A stretch of 64,000 nt of DNA from positions 23,019 to 87,018 of the forward strand of contig CAZDKH010000010.1 of assembly GCA_964506225.1 (NCBI GenBank), written 5' to 3'. Within the stretch, counting starts at the first letter, position 1; every line of letters begins with the position of its first letter. Below, one piece after another: positions 20,170 through 28,255 of the stretch. The position numbers were made by a program, and so were the translations under genes. The DNA is from an uncultured Gammaproteobacteria bacterium. GTDB lineage: Bacteria; Patescibacteriota; Microgenomatia; UBA8517. The notes below the pieces were generated by a model. It had not been told where the DNA came from, made no database searches, and saw only the letters and a program-made list of their open reading frames with translations.

Positions 20170-21564
20170 ATGAAGGAATTTTTAAAATATTTGGTTGCTG
20201 GAGTAATCTTGGTAATTCCTTTATATCCAAAGTTCCCATTAGTGAGTGTTCCCGGCACTTTTGTGTCTATCAGGGCTGAGGATTTATATATGCTTTTTGT
20301 GGTTCTGATTTGGTTTTTTTGTTCTTTGAACGATTTTAGAAGAACACTTTCTCAAAAGATAACCAAAGCGGTCATTCTTTTTTTTGCAATTTCTCTGGTT
20401 TCAGTTGCCTCTGGGATATTTATTACCAAGACGGTTCAACCGCACATAGCACTTTTACATTGGCTAAGAAGAGTTGAATATATCCTGCCGCTTTTTATCG
20501 GGATTAGCATTGTTAAATCACAAAAAGACTTAAGCTTTTTTATTAAATGTTTAGTAATTGTTATTTTTTATGCATTTTTATATGGAGTGGGACAGAAATA
20601 CTTTGACCTTCCAATCATTACCACTCAAAACTATGAGTATTCAAAAGGGATAGCCTTGCGCTATACACCCGGGGGCCACCTAACCTCAACTTTTGCCGGT
20701 CATTATGATCTTGCCACCTTCCTTGTATTTGTGCTTCCGATTTTTGTTGTTCTTTTAGTCTGTGTGAAAGCAAGTAAATCTTTTTCTTCCTCAAAAATAA
20801 ATTTATTTTTGACAAGAAGCATTCTTCTAGCGGCTGTCTTATCTGGTTTTTGGCTACTTGTGAATTCTGTATCCCGTATCTCTATACTTTCTTATCTTTT
20901 AGGTACAACAATCTCGCTTATTATAGTAAAAAGGTATAAATTCATACCTCTTATTTTAATTTTTTCAATCCTTTTTGTCAGTTTTTCCTCAAACTTAATC
21001 TCCCGTTATACCCAAATTATTGAAGTAACACTTAAAAAGTTTTTTTCAGATACAATACAAAGTTTTGTTTTACCTGAAAAGTTAATTCCTCTAGCTTTAG
21101 CACAAACATCTTCTTTTCCTCAAAGAAGAACTTCAGAGGCAACACCAACGCCAACCCCCGTCGTTATTTTTGAAGATAGATCCACTTCAATACGTCTGAA
21201 TGTTGAATGGCCGCGGGCAATAAGGGCTTTTCAAAAAAATGTATTTTTGGGCACAGGTTTTTCTTCTATAACACTTGCTACAGACAATGATTATTTAAGA
21301 CTGCTGGGCGAGACTGGTGCACTTGGATTTATGGCTTTTATCTTAATTTTGTTGTGTTTATTTAAGACCCTTTTTTCAAAACTACCCTTAAAGGGTGATT
21401 TAAATTTAAACGATGTTTACCTTGCTGGAGTATTGGGAGGAGTAACTGGAGTAATGCTAAATGCCTTATTTATTGATGTTTTTGAAGCCTCAAAATTTGC
21501 AATCATCTTTTGGTTATTGATGGGATTTGCTTTCAAGTCTGCACAAAAAATTGGTAATGAGTAA
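20170..21564 (+). CDS. O-antigen ligase/polymerase-like (Wzy_C-type) membrane protein
   Basis: Polytopic protein. 'GTGFSSITLATDNDYLRLLGETGALGF' resembles the conserved periplasmic-loop/helix motif of O-antigen ligase family proteins. Confidence 0.75.
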   Translation: MKEFLKYLVAGVILVIPLYPKFPLVSVPGTFVSIRAEDLYMLFVVLIWFFCSLNDFRRTLSQKITKAVILFFAISLVSVASGIFITKTVQPHIALLHWLRRVEYILPLFIGISIVKSQKDLSFFIKCLVIVIFYAFLYGVGQKYFDLPIITTQNYEYSKGIALRYTPGGHLTSTFAGHYDLATFLVFVLPIFVVLLVCVKASKSFSSSKINLFLTRSILLAAVLSGFWLLVNSVSRISILSYLLGTTISLIIVKRYKFIPLILIFSILFVSFSSNLISRYTQIIEVTLKKFFSDTIQSFVLPEKLIPLALAQTSSFPQRRTSEATPTPTPVVIFEDRSTSIRLNVEWPRAIRAFQKNVFLGTGFSSITLATDNDYLRLLGETGALGFMAFILILLCLFKTLFSKLPLKGDLNLNDVYLAGVLGGVTGVMLNALFIDVFEASKFAIIFWLLMGFAFKSAQKIGNE

Positions 21565-23023
21565 AATATTCCTACAAATATTCGGGAAGAAAAACCGTGA
21601 GTATTTAATTTTATCAATGATTGTTTTCACGGGCTTTTTATTGAGAGTTTATAAATTAGACTCTCCTCTTGCCGATTGGCACTCGTTTCGTCAAGCTGAT
21701 ACTTCCTCTGTTACTCGGGTATATTTAGAAGACGGTATAAATCTACTTTATCCGCGCTATCACGATCTTTCCAGCACACAAAGCGGGAAGGATAACTTGT
21801 TGGGGTTAAGGTTTGTGGAGTTCCCGCTTTACAATCTAGCACACTATCTGATTGCAGTTATTTTTCCTTTTTTTAATCTTGAGGAAGCCGGAAGATTGAC
21901 CTCAATTTTGGCGTCCTTGTGGTCGCTTTTTTTTATCTATCTGATATGCAAAAAAATATATAACAAGAAAGTGGCCATTTTAGCATCTTTGTTTTTTGCA
22001 ATACTTCCTTTTAACATTTATTTTTCCCGAACAATATTACCAGAACCACTGGCGATTTTGCTCGCCTTGATGGCTATTTTTAGCTTTATACTTTTTTTAG
22101 AGCAAGAAAAACTTTTATACCTTTTTTTAGGTAGCCTTGCTTTTGCATCTTCTTTATTGGTTAAACCATTTACCATTTTTTACGCCGCTCCCATTATTTA
22201 TCTTGCCATAAGGAAATATCTTCTCATAAGAAAATATACAATTGGGTTATTATTAAGGCAAAAAACCTTTTGGTTGTCTCTTTTTTTAACTCTGGCGCCC
22301 CTTTTTTTATGGAGAATTTGGATTTTGCAGCATCCCGAGGCGATACCGCGGATTAGTTGGATGTTTAATGAAGGCTCAATACGTTTCCGGCCAGCCTTTT
22401 TTAGGTGGATTTTTGGGGAAAGAATCGGTCTTTTGATTCTTGGGATGTGGGGTCTTGTCCCTTTTTCTTTGGCTTTAACTAAAATTAATAAAAAAACTCT
22501 CTTTGTGATTTTCTGGTTTTTGGCTGAGGTTTTATATTTAACTATCTTTGCTGCGGTTAACGTCAGACATGATTATTATCAGATTTATCTTCTTTCTCCA
22601 ATTTCGATACTTCTTTCTTTGGGTGTAGTTTATCTTTGGGAAGATAATTTTTTTAATAAATTTGCCTCTAGAATTTTAGTCGTTTTTTCTGTTTTTATGA
22701 TGCTTGGGATGAGTGCCTATCAGGTCAAAGAATTTTACAAAATAAACCACCCTGAAATTATCGAGGCTGGAAGGGCACTTGATATGCTTGTTCCCAAAGA
22801 TGCCTTGGTTATCGCTGCCTACAACGGCGACACAGCCTTTTTGTATCAGACAAAAAGAAAGGGCTGGCCGGTTGTAGATGATTCGTTTGAGAATCTTATT
22901 AAAAAAGGAGCAAGTTTTTATATCTCTGTTAATCTTAATGACCCAGATACCTTGTATCTTTCTCAAAATTTTCCTGTTCTGAAAAAAACCGAGAAGTTTA
23001 TAATAATTCAATTAACCAGATAA
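21557..23023 (+). CDS. GT-C glycosyltransferase, ArnT/PMT_2-like
   Basis: ATG 21557 ('MSKIFLQIF') was preferred over the track start at 21527. 'DWHSFRQADTSSVTRVY' and 'FVEFPLYN' are typical of GT39/GT83-like enzymes. Confidence 0.75.
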   Translation: MSKIFLQIFGKKNREYLILSMIVFTGFLLRVYKLDSPLADWHSFRQADTSSVTRVYLEDGINLLYPRYHDLSSTQSGKDNLLGLRFVEFPLYNLAHYLIAVIFPFFNLEEAGRLTSILASLWSLFFIYLICKKIYNKKVAILASLFFAILPFNIYFSRTILPEPLAILLALMAIFSFILFLEQEKLLYLFLGSLAFASSLLVKPFTIFYAAPIIYLAIRKYLLIRKYTIGLLLRQKTFWLSLFLTLAPLFLWRIWILQHPEAIPRISWMFNEGSIRFRPAFFRWIFGERIGLLILGMWGLVPFSLALTKINKKTLFVIFWFLAEVLYLTIFAAVNVRHDYYQIYLLSPISILLSLGVVYLWEDNFFNKFASRILVVFSVFMMLGMSAYQVKEFYKINHPEIIEAGRALDMLVPKDALVIAAYNGDTAFLYQTKRKGWPVVDDSFENLIKKGASFYISVNLNDPDTLYLSQNFPVLKKTEKFIIIQLTR

Positions 23024-23026
23024 AAA

Positions 23027-24220
23027 ATGAGAATTTTAATGCTAGTTCCATTTTTGCCTAATACCTCAATGTCTGGAGGTCAGACGCGTTGGTACAACAT
23101 TATTAAGTATATGTCCAAAAGCCACAGAATAACTCTTTTTTCTCTTATTAAAGATGAATCTGAAAGAAAGTTTATTCCCGAGCTTAATAAATACTGTGAA
23201 AAGGTTGAAGTTTTTAAACGTCCACGCTCCCCTTGGACAGTTAGAAACTTACTGCTCACAGCTTTTAGTCCCTATCCTCTTTTGGTTATTCGTAATTGGT
23301 CTCCCCGAGTGCGAAGTGCCATTAAAAAAGAGCTTTCTAACTCAACCTACGACCTAATTCATGCCGAAACGTTTTATGTGATGCCCCATATACCAAGAAC
23401 TAATATTCCCAATATCTTGGTAGAGCAAACAATTGAGTATCAGGTTTACAAACATTACGTTGATAATGAGGTCGCCCCTTTTTTTAGGCCAATTTTTATG
23501 ATTGATGTTTTAAAGTTGATGTTTTGGGAAAAGTACTTTTGGAAAAAAACCACGAGGGCCGTTGCAGTTAGTCCTGAAGACAAAAAAATAATGGAAAAGC
23601 TTGTCCCTGGACTTAAGGTTGATGTTATTCCAAATGGGGTTGATTCGGATTATTACGCCAAAAAGTTTCCCAAGAAAACCCCACCGCGGGTTTTATATGG
23701 AGTTTCTAATTTTGAGTGGTTGCAAAACCAGGAAGCTGTTGAAATTTTAGTGAAAAAAGTTTGGCCGCTTATTGTCAAGGATTATCCTTTTGTAAAGCTT
23801 TGGATTGTTGGAAGAAAAATGCCAAAATGGATAATTGAGCTTGGTAGAAAAAGAGATGACATGGAAGTTAGCGAAAATATTTCTGACCCAAGAGAAGCTT
23901 ATGGTGGTTCAACGGTTATGGTGACACCAATAAAAGGGTCGGGTGGGACACGATTAAAGATTCTTGAGGCTATGGCCGCCGGACTTCCAATTGTGTCAAC
24001 AAGTGTTGGCGTGGCAGGGCTTGGAGTTCAGAAAGGAAAGCACGTTTTAATAAACGATACCTTCGCCGGTTTAGCAAGGGAAACCATTAGGATTCTTAAA
24101 GATAAAACTTTAGCACGAAGGATTGGAGAAAATGGCAGGCAGTTTGCTAGAAAAAATTATGATTGGAGGGAAATTGTCAAACTTCATGACAAGATTTATG
24201 AAGAAATTTTGAAAAAATGA
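23027..24220 (+). CDS. GT4 glycosyltransferase
   Basis: 'GSGGTRLKILEAMAAGLPIVSTSVG'. The N-terminus 'MRILMLVPFLP' is typical of GT-B enzymes. Confidence 0.85.
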   Translation: MRILMLVPFLPNTSMSGGQTRWYNIIKYMSKSHRITLFSLIKDESERKFIPELNKYCEKVEVFKRPRSPWTVRNLLLTAFSPYPLLVIRNWSPRVRSAIKKELSNSTYDLIHAETFYVMPHIPRTNIPNILVEQTIEYQVYKHYVDNEVAPFFRPIFMIDVLKLMFWEKYFWKKTTRAVAVSPEDKKIMEKLVPGLKVDVIPNGVDSDYYAKKFPKKTPPRVLYGVSNFEWLQNQEAVEILVKKVWPLIVKDYPFVKLWIVGRKMPKWIIELGRKRDDMEVSENISDPREAYGGSTVMVTPIKGSGGTRLKILEAMAAGLPIVSTSVGVAGLGVQKGKHVLINDTFAGLARETIRILKDKTLARRIGENGRQFARKNYDWREIVKLHDKIYEEILKK

Positions 24221-25347
24221 AAATAGCTATAGATGGTCGTTTTTATGGTTTGGAAAACGCGGGATTGGGTAGATATACCATTGGCCTTGTTGAAAATTTA
24301 AAGACTCTTGACCAAAAAAACAGTTATACGATTCTCTTGACCGAGAAGTATTTCCAGAAATTAAGCTTTCCCAAAAACTGGAAAAAGATAGCTGTTAGCT
24401 TTAGACACTACAGTCTCAAAGAACAGTTGGAGCTTCCCAAAATAATTAACCAAGAAAATCCAGATTTGGTGCATTTTTTGCATTTTAACATCCCAATAAC
24501 CTACAAAGGAAAATTTGTGGTTACGATACACGATCTTTTGATGCACAGACAAAAAGGGAAAGAGGCTACAACTCTTCCTTTTTTGGCCTATAAAATCAAA
24601 AGATTGGCTTATCATCTTGTTTTCAAAAAAGCAGTTTTTGGTTCAAGAAAAATAATCGTCCCCAGCAATTTTGTGAAAGAAGATCTTGTAAATTATTATC
24701 GCATTCCCCAAAAAAAGATTGAAGTCGTCTATGAAGGTGTTGATCATTTTTTGCGATCTGTGGACGCAGGGAAAAAGGTTCTTAATAAATATCAAATTAA
24801 TCTTCCTTACTTTATTTATTCAGGCAACGCCTATCCCCATAAAAACCTCAAAAGGGCAGTCGAGGCGATTTACTTTCTGAATAAGGCAAGTTCAAAAAGA
24901 TTTTTGTTTGTCATTGTTTCCTCAAGAAATGTTTTCGTCAAGAGGTTGGAGAGGATGATTAAATCAATTGGAGGAGAAAAGTATGTAAGGCTTATCGGAT
25001 TTGTTCCTGATAATGACTTGGTGTATTTATATAAAAATTCGCTTGGCTTTTTGTATCCTTCTTTATCAGAAGGATTTGGTCTTCCAGGATTGGAAGCTAT
25101 GGCCGCCGGCACACTAGTTTTGGTGTCGGATATCCCAGTTTTTCATGAGATTTATGAGAATCAGGCAATATATTTTAATCCTTATGACTTTTCAGCAATC
25201 GAAAGAGAAATGAGGAATGTAGTTGAGATGGACCCAAAAAAAAGGCAAAAACTTATTTCTTCTGGACAAAAATTTGTTAAAAGATACTCTTGGATAAAAA
25301 TGGCAAAAAAGACTTTAAAGATCTACAAGGATGTTTTAGAGAACTGA
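24217..25347 (+). CDS. GT4 glycosyltransferase
   Basis: 'PSLSEGFGLPGLEAMAAGTLVLVSDIPVFHEI'. The start is an ATGA overlap. Confidence 0.85.
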   Translation: MKIAIDGRFYGLENAGLGRYTIGLVENLKTLDQKNSYTILLTEKYFQKLSFPKNWKKIAVSFRHYSLKEQLELPKIINQENPDLVHFLHFNIPITYKGKFVVTIHDLLMHRQKGKEATTLPFLAYKIKRLAYHLVFKKAVFGSRKIIVPSNFVKEDLVNYYRIPQKKIEVVYEGVDHFLRSVDAGKKVLNKYQINLPYFIYSGNAYPHKNLKRAVEAIYFLNKASSKRFLFVIVSSRNVFVKRLERMIKSIGGEKYVRLIGFVPDNDLVYLYKNSLGFLYPSLSEGFGLPGLEAMAAGTLVLVSDIPVFHEIYENQAIYFNPYDFSAIEREMRNVVEMDPKKRQKLISSGQKFVKRYSWIKMAKKTLKIYKDVLEN

Positions 25348-25363
25348 GAGAGTCTAAAGAAAT

Positions 25364-26443
25364 ATGAAAGTTGCGCTTGTTTATGATAGGGTAAATAAGT
25401 GGGGAGGGGCTGAGAGGGTTCTTTTAACTCTTCACGAGATTTTTCCACTTGCCCCTCTTTTTACTTCTGTCTGTAACATCCAAAAGGCCAAGTGGGCGAG
25501 CACTTTTCCTCAGATTTTTTGCAGCTTTTTACAAAAAATTCCCTTTGCCAAAGATAACCATGAATATCTTCCCTTTTTGATGCCTTTGGCTTTTGAATCG
25601 TTTAATTTTGATGATTATGATTTGGTGATTTCGGTTACCAGTGAAGCTGCGAAGGGAATAATTACAAAGCCTTCTACTAAACATATTTGTTATTGTTTGA
25701 CACCGACAAGGTATCTTTGGAGTGGTTATAAACTTTACTTTAAGAGTAAGCTTTTGAAATTTTTAGCAAGGCCGGTTGTTAACTATCTTAAAAAATGGGA
25801 TAGAATTGCCGCTCAGAGGCCCGATGTAATGATTGGCATATCAAACGCTGTTTGTAAAAGAATAGAAAAGTATTATAAAAGAAAAGCAAATCTCATTTTC
25901 CCGCCAGTTAATTTAGATATTAAATCTAAAGAAATTAAAAAGAAAGAGGATTATTTTTTGGTTGTTGGTAGATTGGTGAAATACAAAAGAGTTGATTTGG
26001 TGGTGCGTGTTTTTAATAAACTTGGTTTTCCTTTGGTAATTGTTGGTGAGGGAAAAGAGGAGAAGAAATTAAAGGCCATGGCCTCGACCAACATTAGTTT
26101 TATAAAAAAATTGACAGATGACGAGCTTATAAATTACTATAAGAAATGCCGTGCGGTTATTTTTGCTCAGGAGGAAGATTTTGGACTTGTTGCTGCAGAG
26201 GCACAGGCTTGTGGAACACCTGTAATTGCTTATAAAAAAGGAGGAATAAAAGACATTGTAATTGATGGGAAAACGGGTATTTTTTTTGACAAACAGACAG
26301 AAGACTCGCTGGAGAGTGCTTTATTAAAGTTTGAAAAAGTAAATTTTAACCAGAGTTTTATAATGGGCCAAGGGGGTAAGTTTACAAAAGAGAGATTTAA
26401 AGCGGAGTTGTCACGAATCATAAAAAGGTATGTTGGAAAGTGA
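25364..26443 (+). CDS. GT4 glycosyltransferase
   Basis: 'EEDFGLVAAEAQACGTPVIAYKKGGIKDIV'. Confidence 0.8.
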   Translation: MKVALVYDRVNKWGGAERVLLTLHEIFPLAPLFTSVCNIQKAKWASTFPQIFCSFLQKIPFAKDNHEYLPFLMPLAFESFNFDDYDLVISVTSEAAKGIITKPSTKHICYCLTPTRYLWSGYKLYFKSKLLKFLARPVVNYLKKWDRIAAQRPDVMIGISNAVCKRIEKYYKRKANLIFPPVNLDIKSKEIKKKEDYFLVVGRLVKYKRVDLVVRVFNKLGFPLVIVGEGKEEKKLKAMASTNISFIKKLTDDELINYYKKCRAVIFAQEEDFGLVAAEAQACGTPVIAYKKGGIKDIVIDGKTGIFFDKQTEDSLESALLKFEKVNFNQSFIMGQGGKFTKERFKAELSRIIKRYVGK

Positions 26444-27548
26444 ACTTAAAAAACATCTTTATGCCCTTATTATTGTTGGGGGTGGTGGAACACGGCTTTG
26501 GCCAAAATCCAGAAATTCTACCCCAAAACAGTTTTTAAAACTATTCAAAGGTAAAACATTGGCGCAAATTACTTCTGAAAGATTACAAAAATTTATTGCT
26601 CCCGAGAGGATTTTTGTGGTAACTACAACTGAAGAATACAAAAAAGAATTTATAAGAGAGGTACCCTTTATAAAGCCTGAGAATGTTATTGATGAACCGC
26701 TGAGAAGAAATACTGCTCCCGCCCATGGACTTGGCGCAATATATATCCATAAAAAAGACCCTGAAGCAGTAATTATTAATGCCTATTCTGATCAACTTGT
26801 TGATCCCGAACATGAGTATATTAAAAACATAGAAACCGCCGCGTTTGCCGCCTTTAGCGGGGATTGGCTTGTTGCAGTAGGAGTAAAACCAACCTACCCA
26901 AATCCCGGCTATGGACACATCAAAAAGGGTGGTAAATGGAGAGTGTTTCAACGAAAGACGCTTTACAAAGTCAATCGCTTTACCGAAAAACCGGCTTTGG
27001 AACTTGCGAAGCGTTACACAGCCTCGGGTGAGTATTTTTGGAATGCTGGTCAGTATGTTTGGAGAGCAGATAGTTTTTTGCGCGCCCTAGAGCGTTTTGA
27101 ACCCTCGATTTTTAAGGGATTGCAAAGAATTGGTCAGGCAATCAATACCCCAGAAGAAAGAAAAGTTATGCTTTATGAGTATAAAAAAATGCCGGAAATT
27201 TCAGTTGACTACGCAGTTTCCGAGCGGGCGAAAAATTTTGTGATGTTGGTGGCTGATTTTCACTGGATAGATGTTGGAGATTGGAAAGAGGTTTGGGAGA
27301 ATTTACCCAAAGACGATCAAGGAAATGTCATAATCGATGGTGCTCAGAAAGGTGGGGAAGTGATAAATATTGATACCTCAGATGCTCTTATTCACACCGA
27401 TGGACGTGTAATAGCTGTGATAGATGTGGATAATGTGGTTATTGTTGATACCAAAGAGGCACTTTTGGTTTGTGCAAAAAGTAAAGCGCAAAATGTCAAA
27501 AAGATTGTTGAAGAACTAAAAAGAAAGGGAAGAAAGGAACTGCTTTGA
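26430..27548 (+). CDS. manC: Mannose-1-phosphate guanylyltransferase (no C-terminal PMI domain)
   Basis: 'ALIIVGGGGTRLWPKSRNSTPKQF' is the nucleotidyltransferase G-rich loop. 'FWNAGQYVW' and 'SVDYAVSE' are typical of ManC/CpsB. Confidence 0.85.
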   Translation: MLESELKKHLYALIIVGGGGTRLWPKSRNSTPKQFLKLFKGKTLAQITSERLQKFIAPERIFVVTTTEEYKKEFIREVPFIKPENVIDEPLRRNTAPAHGLGAIYIHKKDPEAVIINAYSDQLVDPEHEYIKNIETAAFAAFSGDWLVAVGVKPTYPNPGYGHIKKGGKWRVFQRKTLYKVNRFTEKPALELAKRYTASGEYFWNAGQYVWRADSFLRALERFEPSIFKGLQRIGQAINTPEERKVMLYEYKKMPEISVDYAVSERAKNFVMLVADFHWIDVGDWKEVWENLPKDDQGNVIIDGAQKGGEVINIDTSDALIHTDGRVIAVIDVDNVVIVDTKEALLVCAKSKAQNVKKIVEELKRKGRKELL

Positions 27549-27571
27549 AATTTTTAGTAAAATGAAGTAGT

Positions 27572-27577
27572 ATAATT
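27572..27577 (+). promoter_or_regulatory. Candidate -10 box (exact TATAAT) upstream of the phosphoglycosyl transferase gene
   Basis: TATAAT lies in the 45-nt gap, 16 nt before ATG 27594. No convincing -35 element was found. Confidence 0.3.
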
Positions 27578-27593
27578 ACCCACCTGCCCGAAT

Positions 27594-28232
27594 ATGTTGT
27601 ATGACATTACTAAAAGAACGATAGACATAGTGGGGTCACTGTTTCTTTTAGTTTTCTTTTTTCCCGTACTTGTCGTAACAGCAATTCTTATCAAAGCCAC
27701 TTCAAAAGGCCCTGTTTTTGCAGATACACCTGCAAGAGTTGGGAAAGATGGAAAGCTTTTTTACCCCTTAAAGTTTAGGTCAATGATTGTAAATGCACAC
27801 ACACTTCTTAAAACAGACCCAAAATTCAAAAAGTTATACAAGGAATATAAAAAATCAAGTTATAAGCTTTTTGATGATCCGAGGGTGACCCCTGTCGGCA
27901 AATATATCCGGCGCCATTCTATTGATGAGATACCCCAGCTTATCAATGTTCTCAAGGGAGAAATGAGTATTGTTGGACCAAGGCCCTATTACCCGGATGA
28001 ATTGGAAGAGCAACAAAAACGTTACCCCAAAACAAGAAAACTTGTTAAGGAGGTTCTGTCAATAAGGCCAGGTATCACGGGTTTTTGGCAGGTTTCCGGT
28101 AGAAGTAACATCAATTTTGATAAAAGAATCGAAATGGATGCTTATTATGCGCGTAAAAGGTCAATACTTTTGGATATTTTAATTCTTCTTAAGACTCCAT
28201 GGGTTATGATTTCAGGGGTTGGTGCTGTATAG
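27594..28232 (+). CDS. Small monotopic phosphoglycosyl transferase (bacterial sugar transferase family, WbaP C-terminal-domain type)
   Basis: 'KRTIDIVGSLFLLVFFFPVL', 'LKFRSM', 'DEIPQLINVLKGEMSIVGPRP' and 'RPGITGFWQVSGR' are hallmark motifs of this family. Confidence 0.85.
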   Translation: MLYDITKRTIDIVGSLFLLVFFFPVLVVTAILIKATSKGPVFADTPARVGKDGKLFYPLKFRSMIVNAHTLLKTDPKFKKLYKEYKKSSYKLFDDPRVTPVGKYIRRHSIDEIPQLINVLKGEMSIVGPRPYYPDELEEQQKRYPKTRKLVKEVLSIRPGITGFWQVSGRSNINFDKRIEMDAYYARKRSILLDILILLKTPWVMISGVGAV

Positions 28233-28255
28233 TATATTAAAAAATTTTAACTATT

